DNA of 64,000 nucleotides from an uncultured Desulfobacter sp. Lineage in GTDB: Bacteria; Desulfobacterota; Desulfobacteria; Desulfobacterales; Desulfobacteraceae. Shown here one piece after another: positions 44,759 through 55,212 of the stretch. The stretch spans positions 4,576,001 through 4,640,000 of the forward strand of contig OY762069.1 of assembly GCA_963665095.1 (NCBI GenBank), in the 5' to 3' direction. The translations under genes and the position numbers were made by a program. The notes under the pieces were generated by a model, which saw nothing but the letters and a program-made list of their open reading frames with translations, was not told the DNA's origin and searched no databases. Within the stretch, counting starts at the first letter, position 1. Each line of letters opens with the position of its first letter.

Positions 44759-45110
44759 AACACACTTCACCCCGGAAGAGGTTGAGGCAAGAAAAAAGGC
44801 GATTTTCGATGCCATGGGAAAACGGGGTCAGCGCCAGATAATGAAAAAGGGTTATGACCAGTGGGACCCGTTTCAGGAACCCAAAGATCCCATTGATATC
44901 AGAAAGGATAAAACAAAGCGCACCTCACAGGAGCTGATCAGGGAGTTTCTCACTGCCATTGATGCAGATGAATACTCCAACAGCTACGCCCAGGGTGCCC
45001 TTGAGATGTGCCTTGGCATCATCAATGATGAGGAGAAAATACGGGGCATGTTCGATTTTGCCCACTGGTATGCAAGGTTGCTTGAAAAAGAGGGACATGA
45101 CCCCCTCTGA
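44751..45110 (+). CDS. Hypothetical protein
   Basis: 119 aa ORF overlapping both neighbours, with a GGAG RBS. Confidence 0.75.
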   Translation: MSETHFTPEEVEARKKAIFDAMGKRGQRQIMKKGYDQWDPFQEPKDPIDIRKDKTKRTSQELIREFLTAIDADEYSNSYAQGALEMCLGIINDEEKIRGMFDFAHWYARLLEKEGHDPL

Positions 45111-45909
45111 GAGATCCAAAGCCCTTGAAATCCTTTTTAATGCCACCTCACGGCTGACTGCCGGGGCATATATCCTTGCAATCAGTAAAGCGCTGTCACT
45201 GCCCAGGGCTATGGCAAAAAAACTTCTCAGGCAGCTCGTGGAAAACCAGGATGTGGCCTACCAGGATCTTTACGGGGCTACCTATGTCATGGAAGGCTTT
45301 TCAAAGCCGGTACGGATAACGGACCGGTTTTACATTCTCCCCCCTGACATTCCCGGCACCCCTGACACCCATAGCATTGATATTCGAATTGCCGCCGGAA
45401 TCTCCTTTGGCACAGGACATCACCCAACCACCCGACTGTGCCTGAATGCCCTTGACAGACTTTTTTTTTCATCCTCCTGCCGGCATCGCCTATATAGCGG
45501 CAGGGCTGCTGATATCGGCACTGGGTCAGGCATACTGGCTATAGCAGCCTGCCTTGCCGGCATTTCGTCCTGCACGGCCTTTGAAACCGACCTCAATGCC
45601 GTGAGTGAGGCAGACCGGAATGTGGCAGCCAATGACCTTAAGGGTAGAATTGATGTGGTCCACGGCCCCATGGTTCCTTTGGACAAACCTCTGTCTATGA
45701 TCATGGCAAACTTAAGATTTCCAACACTTAAGCAGCTGGCCCCAGATATTCATAGCCTTCTTGAGCCCAACGGCACCCTGGTGCTTTCCGGTGCCAGGGA
45801 ATGGGAAATGAAGGATCTTTGCACCCATTATAAAAGCACCGGTTTTATTGTTGACTGGAAAAAAATAGAAAAGCAGTGGGGTGTGCTGATCCTGACGCGC
45901 ACACCGTAA
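45097..45909 (+). CDS. PrmA-like SAM-dependent methyltransferase with an atypical N-terminus
   Basis: SFGTGHHPTTRLCL, DIGTGSGILAI, MANL and LVLSG motifs. Confidence 0.8.
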   Translation: MTPSERSKALEILFNATSRLTAGAYILAISKALSLPRAMAKKLLRQLVENQDVAYQDLYGATYVMEGFSKPVRITDRFYILPPDIPGTPDTHSIDIRIAAGISFGTGHHPTTRLCLNALDRLFFSSSCRHRLYSGRAADIGTGSGILAIAACLAGISSCTAFETDLNAVSEADRNVAANDLKGRIDVVHGPMVPLDKPLSMIMANLRFPTLKQLAPDIHSLLEPNGTLVLSGAREWEMKDLCTHYKSTGFIVDWKKIEKQWGVLILTRTP

Positions 45910-46082
45910 TACCTCAACGCGCCTTTTAAAGGCTTTCACCTTGCAGCATCGCATCAAAGTTTCACAACATCCTTTTAATTCAAACCCAGTTGCCATTAAA
46001 ATTTGTTTTATACTTTATTCAGAAGGCAGCTTCGGGTACACTTTCTAAAATCACAATAATTCAAAGCCTTGCAGGAAAATCA

Positions 46083-46700
46083 ATGCGGCCTGTTTTACAA
46101 ATGTTCCTATTCCTGATTCTGGTATTAAGCCTCTCCCATGCGAAAGGGGAGGTCTATTTCTGGACCGATGATAACGGGATTCGGCATTTTTCAAATGTCT
46201 GCGCGCCAGCTGGTAAAAAAGTGAAACAGCTTCCTGAATCCAAAGCTTCTGTTCTGGATGAATCACCGTTTACAGTAACAAAGGTTTTTGACGGAGATAC
46301 CATAGAGGTTCAGGGAGAGGATCTGGAAATCAGAATCCGTTTAGTGGCCATTGATGCCCCTGAAACAGGCGGTGGCAGACAAAATTGGCAGCCCTACTCC
46401 CGAAGGGCGAAAAACAGGTTAACAGAACTTGTCCGGGGCAAAAAGATTCGTTTAAAACAATACGGCACTGGCGGATACAACAGAATTCTGGCTGAAGTAT
46501 TCTGCCGGGGAGAAAATATTAACCTGACCATGATCCGCCAAGGCCTGGCTGAAGTTTATCGGGGCAGGTTTCCGGATAATCTGAATATTTCTGAATATAA
46601 AAATGCTGAAAAAGAGGCCCGGCAGAAACGGAAAGGGATCTGGTCCCAGGGAAGCTCTTATAAAAGCCCTAAAATATGGCGAAAAGAAAACCCCAGATAA
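46083..46700 (+). CDS. Exported thermonuclease (SNase-like) with a DUF4124-like N-domain
   Basis: Signal peptide, VYFWTDDNGIRHFSN, VFDGDT, IRLVAIDAPE, YNRILA and GIW motifs. Confidence 0.88.
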   Translation: MRPVLQMFLFLILVLSLSHAKGEVYFWTDDNGIRHFSNVCAPAGKKVKQLPESKASVLDESPFTVTKVFDGDTIEVQGEDLEIRIRLVAIDAPETGGGRQNWQPYSRRAKNRLTELVRGKKIRLKQYGTGGYNRILAEVFCRGENINLTMIRQGLAEVYRGRFPDNLNISEYKNAEKEARQKRKGIWSQGSSYKSPKIWRKENPR

Positions 46701-46706
46701 CCTTAG

Positions 46707-47798
46707 CTACAAACTTAACGAACAACTCGTGGAAGCCGCATCATTATACTCAGGCAGTTCTTGTCTGTGTACCTTTATCAGGCCCGGCATAACCGTGTTC
46801 CTGCCGTTAAGCTTTGCCTTGTACAGCATGGCATCGGCATCCTCCACCAGCTTTGTAATATCGGAATTCGGGGTCATCTGTGCGACACCAAAGCTGGCTG
46901 TTACCGGTATGGTGGTATTATTAAAAGAAATATTCAGTGCCGCTATTTTCTGCCGAAGCCTGTCTGCCAGTTCCATGGCACGGGCTTTATCTGTTTCCGG
47001 GAGAATGGCAATAAACTCTTCCCCTCCAAACCTGGCAAGCACATCCTCCGTCCTCATATTCTGGCGAACCAGCCGGCTCACTTCCCTTAATACCTGATCT
47101 CCTCCCAAATGACCGTATGTATCGTTTACTGATTTAAAGTGGTCAAGATCAAACATAAATACGGACAAAGAATTTTTATGGCGTTCGGCTGCTGCAACAT
47201 ATCCTTTGATCTGGTCTTCAAAGGCTCGGCGGTTGTAACATTTTGTTAACGGATCTATGACGGCTGCATCCTGAAGATGCTGCATTTTAATTTGCCTGGA
47301 AAGGGCTGTGGTGCATCCCTGAAGAACAATGCGAATCACTTCATCGTGAAAGACTGTAATGGGCCGGCTGTGCATCATATACAGCCGTGAATAACAATTT
47401 TCTTCTTTATGATCGTAATGGACCAATGACTCAAGGGAAAATTTTTCCAGGCACTCCTCCCGGCCGGGGTTTAGATAATTTAAATCAGCAGCGCTTTCAA
47501 CCTGAAAGTCCTTAAGAATAATGTCTTCTATAGAGTTTTTATACATTCTTGGATCCAGCCAGACATCCATACCACCTGTATTTTTTTTAACCACAAAGGC
47601 AAAAAGGCGATAGCCAAGGATATCCTTGAGGCAGTCGGCCACTTCAGTGATGATTTCTGCGGAGCCGGATTTTTGACTTAAGGCCACAATATGGCGGGCA
47701 AGCTTGTTCTGCGTCTCGGCCCTTTGCAGGGAAGATCCGAATACCAGTCCCATGAAGGCGGATAATTTATGGCTGAATTTGTCAAGTGTATTATTCAT
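46707..47798 (-). CDS. Diguanylate cyclase (GGDEF)
   Basis: DPLTKCYNRR, DLDHFKSVNDTYGH and RTEDVLARFGGEEF (RxxD I-site present). Confidence 0.93.
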   Translation of the reverse strand: MNNTLDKFSHKLSAFMGLVFGSSLQRAETQNKLARHIVALSQKSGSAEIITEVADCLKDILGYRLFAFVVKKNTGGMDVWLDPRMYKNSIEDIILKDFQVESAADLNYLNPGREECLEKFSLESLVHYDHKEENCYSRLYMMHSRPITVFHDEVIRIVLQGCTTALSRQIKMQHLQDAAVIDPLTKCYNRRAFEDQIKGYVAAAERHKNSLSVFMFDLDHFKSVNDTYGHLGGDQVLREVSRLVRQNMRTEDVLARFGGEEFIAILPETDKARAMELADRLRQKIAALNISFNNTTIPVTASFGVAQMTPNSDITKLVEDADAMLYKAKLNGRNTVMPGLIKVHRQELPEYNDAASTSCSLSL

Positions 47799-47852
47799 GG
47801 TTCTTCCTTTAGCTCTAAAATTACAGGTGGCTGACCAACAACCTGAGTATTG

Positions 47853-47869
47853 AGCAACAAATATGCCAA
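47853..47869 (-). promoter_or_regulatory. Sigma-54 promoter of the diguanylate cyclase gene
   Basis: TTGGCATATTTGTTGCT, GG-N10-GC. Confidence 0.75.
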
Positions 47870-47930
47870 ACCCCTATAAAAAGGAAGATTACACTATATT
47901 TCAACGCGTTATCAAAAATCTATTCGGTTA

Positions 47931-47957
47931 CAATTTTTGCCGGACCGGCAAAAATTG
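47931..47957. repeat. 27-bp perfect palindrome
   Basis: CAATTTTTGCCGG-A-CCGGCAAAAATTG. Confidence 0.8.
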
Positions 47958-48024
47958 CAGCTTTAACCGTCAGGGATCAGCCGGAACCTGCCAAAGCCGT
48001 GACGCTTTATGCCATCTGCTCAGT

Positions 48025-48606
48025 TCAAAGGTTCCCTTTTAAACCAATCTGCTCAGCCACAGGCAGCATGCCGGCAATGGTCTGGGTAATCAGCTCAGAC
48101 AGTTCCATATCCAGCATTTTTGCCCCGTTACGGATCACCTCCCTGTCCACGGCAGCAGCAAAGGATTTATCCTTGAATTTTTTCTGTACCGATTTTGCTT
48201 TAATATCCAGAATGCTTTTAGAGGGACGGACTAACGCGGCACTGGCCACAAGGCCTGTGAGTTCATCAGTGGCATACAGCGTTTTTTCAAGCAGGTTTTG
48301 GGGCTCCACATCGCTGCAGATGCCCCAGCCATGACTGACAACCGCCCGGATATACTCCTGTGGCCAGTTATGAAATTCAAACAGCTCGACACATTTCACA
48401 CAATGCTGGTCCGGATACATTTCGTAATCCAGATCATGAACCAGACCCACCACCTTCCATTTTTCAATATCTTTCTGATCAAAATGTTTTGCAAAATGTC
48501 CCATGACTGATTCCACGCACAGGGCATGGCGAATCAGGCTCTCTTTTGAGTTATATTTTTTAAGCAGGTTAAAAGCTTCTTCACGGGTCGGTGTATAAGT
48601 GGTCAT
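48025..48606 (-). CDS. HD-superfamily hydrolase
   Basis: RHALCV, VHDLDYE, SHG and ATDELTGL motifs. Confidence 0.88.
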   Translation of the reverse strand: MTTYTPTREEAFNLLKKYNSKESLIRHALCVESVMGHFAKHFDQKDIEKWKVVGLVHDLDYEMYPDQHCVKCVELFEFHNWPQEYIRAVVSHGWGICSDVEPQNLLEKTLYATDELTGLVASAALVRPSKSILDIKAKSVQKKFKDKSFAAAVDREVIRNGAKMLDMELSELITQTIAGMLPVAEQIGLKGNL

Positions 48607-48704
48607 GATATTTCCTTGTAATCAGTTGCGTTTCAAGTTATGGAATTACAATTTATTATCGATTAATCGATTTTAAGTCAATGAATGAAACAGGTCGAAA
48701 ATGA

Positions 48705-50447
48705 ATGCATTTTCCGGATAAAAAGAATGGCGTTCTCTCCTTTCCCAGATTCAGAACCCTGTTAAAAAAAATTATAGGGGTCTTACGTATCTGGGCTGTC
48801 TTGTCGGCGACTTCCCTTGTTGTGGTATTTCTTATGCCCGCTCAGGCATGCAAACCTTTTTTTATAGCATTTCTGCTTCTCAACGGCCTGTGCCTCATCT
48901 TGATTTTTTCCCGGTTCCGGGCATTTAACAGATTAACAGACGAGATTCGATTTTTATTGTCACATACCAGAAACATGATGTGGACCATGGATTCCCAGCT
49001 GATGATCACAGGAATCTGCGGAAATGTTAAGCATATCACCGGAAAAGACGGCTTGGCGTTGATGAACACAACGCTGTCCGCCTTTCTGCCGGGCAATGCC
49101 CTGGAAGAGTTCAATGGGTTAATTCGTAAAAACAAAGCGTTCAGCATGGAATGCACCATTTGCACAGACCCTCAAAAACCACTGCCGGTGCAGATCCAGG
49201 TCACGCCCATTCATGGACTTGGCCAGGACGCTTTCCAGGGTATTATACAAGATGTATCAGATCAGGTAAAAATCCGGCACCTTGAAAAAAAACTTAAAGA
49301 CGGTAACAAGTTAAAAAATTTAGGCGTCATTGCCGGCAGCGTTGCCCATGATCTGAACAACATCCTGGCCGGCATGGCCACATTCCCGGAAATACTTCTT
49401 CTGGACAATACGCTACCGACCAAAGTCAGGGAAAGTTTAACTATTATCAAGGATTCCGGACAAAAGGCATCAACAGTGGTAGGGGATCTTTTAACTATTT
49501 CCAGAGGAATTAAAGCGGACCGGCAAATACTTAATATCAATGCAGTGATTCAGCGATTCATCACTGCGCCGGAATTTAAAAAAATTCGACAGTCCTTCAG
49601 CCAGACATGTCTGGATATTGATCTTGAGCCGGAGCTGCTGAATATCAGCGGCTCTTATATCCATATTGAAAGAACCATCATGAATCTTCTGGTCAATGCC
49701 TTTGAACAGACAGCAACCATGGAAAATGGAGACATTGTCCTGTCCACAGCAAATTTTTATGTAAATGAGACCTGTACGTTTAACAGTGAAATAAAGCCGG
49801 TACCGGGGGAGTATGTGATGCTTATGGTGTCAGATAATGGTCCGGGCATTCCCCAAGGCTGCCTTGATAACATTTTCGATCCTTTTTTTACCAGTAAAGA
49901 ATTAGGGCTCTCAGGCACTGGCCTTGGCCTGACGGTGGTATTAAATACAGTTGAAGATCACAGAGGCGACATCCAGGTGGCGTCCAGTTCAAAGGGTACC
50001 CGGTTCACACTTTTGTTTCCGGCTGTCCGTGCAGAAATTCCGGCCGCAGCCCAGCCCGTATCTCTTGAAGAAATAACTGGAAATGCACAAACCATTCTGG
50101 TGGTTGACGATCTTTCCACCCAGCGCAAGATTGCCGAGGCCATTCTTACCCGGCTTAACTACAGGGTTTTTTCAGTGGCTGACGGGCTCTCTGCCATTGA
50201 ATTCATTAAACAAACCCCTGTGGATCTTATTTTACTTGATGTGTTCTTAGGTCCCGGGCTTTCCGGGCTTGAGGCCCTTGAACAGATCAGGGAGATCAAC
50301 CCCGGCCAGAAGGCCATCATTGCAAGTGGACATTCAGAGTCAGAAGAGGTATTAAAAGCCCAGGAACTCGGTAAAGATGCTTTTGTAAAAAAACCATTCA
50401 CTGTTATGGAAATGGGCATTGCCGTAAAAGAGGAACTTGACGGATAG
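48705..50447 (+). CDS. Hybrid sensor histidine kinase (TM-PAS-HisKA-HATPase-REC)
   Basis: VAHDLNN, NLLVNA, DNGPG, GTGLGL and receiver LILLD motifs. Confidence 0.92.
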   Translation: MHFPDKKNGVLSFPRFRTLLKKIIGVLRIWAVLSATSLVVVFLMPAQACKPFFIAFLLLNGLCLILIFSRFRAFNRLTDEIRFLLSHTRNMMWTMDSQLMITGICGNVKHITGKDGLALMNTTLSAFLPGNALEEFNGLIRKNKAFSMECTICTDPQKPLPVQIQVTPIHGLGQDAFQGIIQDVSDQVKIRHLEKKLKDGNKLKNLGVIAGSVAHDLNNILAGMATFPEILLLDNTLPTKVRESLTIIKDSGQKASTVVGDLLTISRGIKADRQILNINAVIQRFITAPEFKKIRQSFSQTCLDIDLEPELLNISGSYIHIERTIMNLLVNAFEQTATMENGDIVLSTANFYVNETCTFNSEIKPVPGEYVMLMVSDNGPGIPQGCLDNIFDPFFTSKELGLSGTGLGLTVVLNTVEDHRGDIQVASSSKGTRFTLLFPAVRAEIPAAAQPVSLEEITGNAQTILVVDDLSTQRKIAEAILTRLNYRVFSVADGLSAIEFIKQTPVDLILLDVFLGPGLSGLEALEQIREINPGQKAIIASGHSESEEVLKAQELGKDAFVKKPFTVMEMGIAVKEELDG

Positions 50448-51295
50448 TGGATATTTTAAAAACAAAATCAGATATGCAGGCCTGGTCCGCTGCTAAAAAA
50501 AGGCAGGGAAAAACCATCAGTTTTGTTCCCACCATGGGATATCTTCACAAAGGCCATGTTTCATTGCTGGACATAGGAAAACCCTTAAGTGATGAACTGG
50601 TTTTAAGCATTTTTGTCAATCCCACCCAGTTTGGCCCCAATGAGGATCTCGACGCCTACCCCAGTGATATTGGGAATGATCTGGATTTGGCTGAAACAGC
50701 CGGCGTAACAGCCGTGTTTCTGCCCAACAGGGAAGAGATGTACGAATCCGGGTACCAGACCCATGTTTTCCTTGATCATCTGCCCAACTACCTGTGCGGT
50801 AAATCAAGACCGGTTCACTTCGGCGGCGTGGCCACAGTGGTCACCAAACTTTTTAACATAGTCCTGCCCGATGTGGCCGTTTTCGGCAAAAAGGATTTCC
50901 AGCAGCTGGCCATTATCCGGCAGATGGTAAAAGATCTGGATTTCAATATTCAAATTATTGGCGGAGAGATCATCCGGGAAGACGACGGTCTGGCCATGAG
51001 TTCACGCAATGCTTATCTGGACGCGGATCAACGCCAATCTGCCGTATGCCTTTCCCGGGCCATCACCCGTGTCAGGGACCAGGTGGCACAGGGAGTCAGA
51101 TCTGTAACAGCCCTGAAAAGAGACACTGAGGCCTTTATTCACACCTTTAATCATACCCGGGTGGATTATATAGAGTTATGCGATCCCGGCACGCTTGAGC
51201 CGGTGCAAACCATTGCCACCACAACGCTCATGGCCCTGGCAGTACAGGTGGGTAAATCCAGGCTGATTGACAACGGACTTATTGAGCCGGACTAA
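50447..51295 (+). CDS. panC: Pantoate--beta-alanine ligase
   Basis: VPTMGYLHKGH, FVNPTQF, FGKKDFQQ, GLAMSSRN and RLIDN motifs. Confidence 0.97.
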   Translation: MDILKTKSDMQAWSAAKKRQGKTISFVPTMGYLHKGHVSLLDIGKPLSDELVLSIFVNPTQFGPNEDLDAYPSDIGNDLDLAETAGVTAVFLPNREEMYESGYQTHVFLDHLPNYLCGKSRPVHFGGVATVVTKLFNIVLPDVAVFGKKDFQQLAIIRQMVKDLDFNIQIIGGEIIREDDGLAMSSRNAYLDADQRQSAVCLSRAITRVRDQVAQGVRSVTALKRDTEAFIHTFNHTRVDYIELCDPGTLEPVQTIATTTLMALAVQVGKSRLIDNGLIEPD

Positions 51296-52154
51296 ACGGT
51301 TTCACCAGAATAACCACCCGGCACTCCTTTAAAAAGGCATGGCGTTCCGTGGCCCGGTCCAGTGTCTTGGCGTCCGCCATGCTGACTACAATAGCACCCG
51401 TTTTGTCCCCGGTTTTCCGTAAGGCCTTGAATATCAGTGGATTCGGACCGATCCGATCCACGTTATTTTTTGCATCCCCATCACACACATAAGCGCAAAC
51501 ACCATACTGAACCGCAAACTCACGGCTTACAAAAAGGGAGGAATAAATTTCTTTTCCCTGCTCACTTACAATGGTGGGGTAAAGAACCGGTTCGAGTTTC
51601 AACCCTCTTGCATCCACAACAAGTCCTGTATAAGGCACGGTGCCAACGGGAGCAGTCACCTCGTTTTGCTCCTGCTTTTTCGGGTCGGGTTTAAGTTCAC
51701 TGATTTTTGGAATCTGCCGGATATGATCCGGCAATACCAGTTGAAGAAATCCGCCGTACAGAGATACCGTCATCCGAACCTCCACATCCAGGGCAGAGGT
51801 ATACAGCTGACGCTTTATCTGAACGTCCTGGGCAATCTTTTCAATTCCGGCAAGAATAACATCATGGCTTGACGCATATTCACCTACGGTCAGGCTTCCG
51901 GAAATCTTTATCTGTTTGAGAACGGCGATGAGATTGCGGATGGCAGAAGCCCTGGCTGACCCCGGCATGGTCACAGCATTGCCCTCTGCGTTTATTTCAG
52001 GCAATGCCCGGCCTGTGGTGGTTACAAGGCCTGACGCCCAGTCAATAGTACTGTTTTCAAACACCTGCAGGCACTGAGACCAGGCCAGGTCCCAGGGCAG
52101 GGCCATACTAAAAATAAAAAAAAAACATACTGTTACAACGGCATGCTTTCTCAC
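51279..52154 (-). CDS. Exported hypothetical protein (LPP20-like)
   Basis: Signal peptide, IDWASG, YTGLVVDARGL and YPTIVSEQG motifs. Confidence 0.7.
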   Translation of the reverse strand: MRKHAVVTVCFFFIFSMALPWDLAWSQCLQVFENSTIDWASGLVTTTGRALPEINAEGNAVTMPGSARASAIRNLIAVLKQIKISGSLTVGEYASSHDVILAGIEKIAQDVQIKRQLYTSALDVEVRMTVSLYGGFLQLVLPDHIRQIPKISELKPDPKKQEQNEVTAPVGTVPYTGLVVDARGLKLEPVLYPTIVSEQGKEIYSSLFVSREFAVQYGVCAYVCDGDAKNNVDRIGPNPLIFKALRKTGDKTGAIVVSMADAKTLDRATERHAFLKECRVVILVKPFSPAQ

Positions 52155-52669
52155 AACGGCCCCGCTGTTGACAATCGTCCAGATAGATAGCGGCTTTCAA
52201 TCAGATCAGAAAGAAGAACCGTTTCATCAAGACCAAATACCGGTTTTGGGGGGCTGATATCCGTATCTGTTACAAAGGCCACAAGCTCAGGATCTTCAAG
52301 ACATAGAGGTGTTTTATGAGGGCCATCTTTCCTGAACACCTCAATCTTGGGCAAAGACAGTGTTTTAAACCCTTCAGCAAGGATGATATCCATGTCACCC
52401 AGATAGTCAAAAAACCTATCCCGTGGGGGCCGGCTGTCTTCTTTTACGAGTGCCACCCTGGTCTCTGTTATCACAAGGGAAGATTTTGCACCGGCATTTT
52501 TATGGCGCCAGCTGTCTTTTCCCTCTTTATCAAAATCAAATTTGTCATGGGTGTGTTTTGCCGAGCCCACGCGATAACCGCGTCGGCTTAATTCCCGGAT
52601 GAGCTTTTCCATCAGGGTGGTTTTGCCTGAATTGGATTTGCCAACAATTAAAATTATTTGGGGCATCAT
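52151..52669 (-). CDS. mobB: Molybdopterin-guanine dinucleotide biosynthesis protein B
   Basis: GKSNSGKTT, KHTH, GKDSWRH and EGFK motifs. Confidence 0.92.
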   Translation of the reverse strand: MMPQIILIVGKSNSGKTTLMEKLIRELSRRGYRVGSAKHTHDKFDFDKEGKDSWRHKNAGAKSSLVITETRVALVKEDSRPPRDRFFDYLGDMDIILAEGFKTLSLPKIEVFRKDGPHKTPLCLEDPELVAFVTDTDISPPKPVFGLDETVLLSDLIESRYLSGRLSTAGPL

Positions 52670-52866
52670 TTCACCACTCATTGCTGTCGGGCTTGAACTC
52701 AAATGTTTCAGACCATGGGGATTAAAAAATCAGGCTAAAGATAAAATGGGGGGGTAAGAAAGTCAAGGCAGCCTGTTTATCATAATTTTCCTTGCCTTTT
52801 GCTTTTGTAATGATAAATAAAGACATATTAATTTTCACTATTTATTTCTTTTATCTGGAGTCCTGT

Positions 52867-55140
52867 ATGAAGCGTATATACCCTCTTTTTTTTCTGATCC
52901 TTTTCATTGCAGCCGGATGCGGTTCTGAACAGCAAAACGCGGAAAAATATATTAAAGAAGGAAAAACGTATTTTGAAAACCAGGAGTTTGCAAAAGCTGA
53001 AATCCAGCTTAAAAATGCACTAAAAATTGCACCTGATTCCATAGAAGCGTACAAGCTGATCAGCCAGACCTTTATGAAGCAGTCCAAGACAAAAGAAGCC
53101 TTTAACGCTTATTTAAGGCTGGAACAGCTGGCTCCCGATGACCTGGAAACCAAACTGGTTCTTGCCTCCCTGTTTATTCTGGCCAAAAAACCATCAGAAG
53201 CAGAAACGCGGATTGATCACGTCCTTAAAGTTGAGCCTGACAATATCAAAGCGCTTCTGGTCAAAGCCGGGATTCTGGCAGCAAATAAAAAAGATATACA
53301 GGAAGCTGAAACCCTTTTGAAACGAATTCTGGAGATTGATTCCGGGCAGACCCAGGCCATGGGGGTATTGGCCAAGCTCTATCTTCAGACAGGACAGATG
53401 CCCAAAGCGGAAGAGATGCTCAAAAAAGCCATTGCCACAGATCCGGACAACGCCAGTTTCCAGACAAGCCTGTTTTATTTATACCTGAAAAATAAACAGG
53501 TGGACCAGGCCCAGGGTGTGCTTGAAACCATGGTGGAACACCATCCGGATCAAATTGAACCCCGGGCCATGCTGGGCAATTTTCATGCGGCAAGAAGGGA
53601 GCTGGACCAGGCAGAGGCGCAGTTTCTAAAAATTATAGAAATGGCGCCGGAAAAAAGCATTTCCCATCTGCTTGCGGCACGCTTCTACAACTCCATAGAA
53701 GAACCCGATAAAGCCGAAAACTATATCAAAAAAGCCCTGGAGCTGGACCCGGAAGATGCCGGGGTCAAGACAGCCTATTCAGAATTTCTTTTTCTGCATA
53801 AAAAATTCGATGAATCAGAAAAAATGGTGGATGAGGTATTGGCCAAACGGCCGGATTATCCCCAGGCAAAGGTTATTAAAGGCAAGCTTTTCATGGTCGG
53901 TAAAAAATGGGATCAGGCCCAGACTATATTTACCTCGCTGTTGGAAGAAGAGCCGGAGTCCGCTGAATACAACTTTCTTTTAGGATCTGTTTTCCTTGAA
54001 AAAAATGATCCCGGCCAGGCCAAACCCTATCTGTCAAAGACCCTTGAGACAAATCCCAGACATTTCAAAGCCCGTCTGATCATGGCGGACCTCTATTTCA
54101 GAAGCCGGGACTTTTTCCTGGCAGAAACAGAGATCAACACAGCATTGAAATTTAAACCCGATGATTACAGGGCTCATTTGCTTAAAGGCCGTATCCTGAC
54201 CGCCCAGAAAGAACTGGATAATGCCATGGCAGAATATGAGGGGCTGATCCAAAAGCATCCCGACATGCCGGCAGCCTATTTTTCAATGGGCAACCTCAAG
54301 CTGAGCCAGGGGGACGAGACATCTGCTCTGGCATTTTATAACCAGGCATTGGACATCAATCCCGCACTCCTTGATGTCTTCACCAATGTCATCCGCATCC
54401 ATATGCACAAAAAAGAGTTCAAAACCGCCCTGGCCAAATGTGATGACAAAATCGTACTGTTCTCAGACCAGACCATTGCCCGCGCTGTGGTTCTTGCCCT
54501 GAAAGGTAAAATTTTAGCGGCAACCAAGGACCTGAGCGGGGCTAAAGCCGCTTTTAGCCAGGCCATTGAAGACAATCCCAAATTTCCTCAGCCCTATTTG
54601 GATCTGGCGGCTGTTTACACCATTGAAAACAACGATTCCGAATTGGTCACGCTGTATAAAAAGCTGATTGCCAACAGGCCGGACCAACCCATTGCCCACA
54701 CCCAGCTCGGAGCCCTTTACGAAAAATCCGGGGAACCCGGTCTTGCTGAAGATTGTTATAAAAATGCCCTGGCTCAGAATCCGCAATATATCCCCGCCCT
54801 TAATAATCTGGCCTATCTGTATGCTGACGGAAACAGAGAAATGAACAAGGCCCTGGAATATGCCAGAAAGGCCAGAGGCCTGGCGGGCGAAGTGCCGCCG
54901 GTCATGGATACTTTGGGATGGGTTTATTACAAAAAGGAGCTCTATGACTCTGCCATTGAGGAATTTAAACTCTGTGTGGAAAAAGAGCCTGAAAATCCGG
55001 TTTTTAACTACCACATAGGCCTGGCATATCAAAAGAAGTGGGATGATGCCAATGCAAAAAAATATTTATCCAGGGCCCTTGAACTTGACAGTTCGTTTAA
55101 AGGCGCTGATAACGCCAGGAATATATTAAAAAAGCTTTAA
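52867..55140 (+). CDS. PrsT-like TPR-repeat lipoprotein (paralog of 16382-18667)
   Basis: Lipobox AAGC, KAEIQLKNAL, TPRs and NNLAYLY...MDTLGWVYYKK. Confidence 0.85.
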   Translation: MKRIYPLFFLILFIAAGCGSEQQNAEKYIKEGKTYFENQEFAKAEIQLKNALKIAPDSIEAYKLISQTFMKQSKTKEAFNAYLRLEQLAPDDLETKLVLASLFILAKKPSEAETRIDHVLKVEPDNIKALLVKAGILAANKKDIQEAETLLKRILEIDSGQTQAMGVLAKLYLQTGQMPKAEEMLKKAIATDPDNASFQTSLFYLYLKNKQVDQAQGVLETMVEHHPDQIEPRAMLGNFHAARRELDQAEAQFLKIIEMAPEKSISHLLAARFYNSIEEPDKAENYIKKALELDPEDAGVKTAYSEFLFLHKKFDESEKMVDEVLAKRPDYPQAKVIKGKLFMVGKKWDQAQTIFTSLLEEEPESAEYNFLLGSVFLEKNDPGQAKPYLSKTLETNPRHFKARLIMADLYFRSRDFFLAETEINTALKFKPDDYRAHLLKGRILTAQKELDNAMAEYEGLIQKHPDMPAAYFSMGNLKLSQGDETSALAFYNQALDINPALLDVFTNVIRIHMHKKEFKTALAKCDDKIVLFSDQTIARAVVLALKGKILAATKDLSGAKAAFSQAIEDNPKFPQPYLDLAAVYTIENNDSELVTLYKKLIANRPDQPIAHTQLGALYEKSGEPGLAEDCYKNALAQNPQYIPALNNLAYLYADGNREMNKALEYARKARGLAGEVPPVMDTLGWVYYKKELYDSAIEEFKLCVEKEPENPVFNYHIGLAYQKKWDDANAKKYLSRALELDSSFKGADNARNILKKL

Positions 55141-55212
55141 GCATCTCATAGATTAAAGTTGTGGTTCCAGTTTCAAACTTGCGTTTTAAGCTGGAAGACA
55201 CGTCACCCCGTT

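Noticed and set aside
46083..46700. Thermonuclease as an anti-phage effector
   Set aside because: It has a signal peptide and housekeeping context, with no defence neighbours
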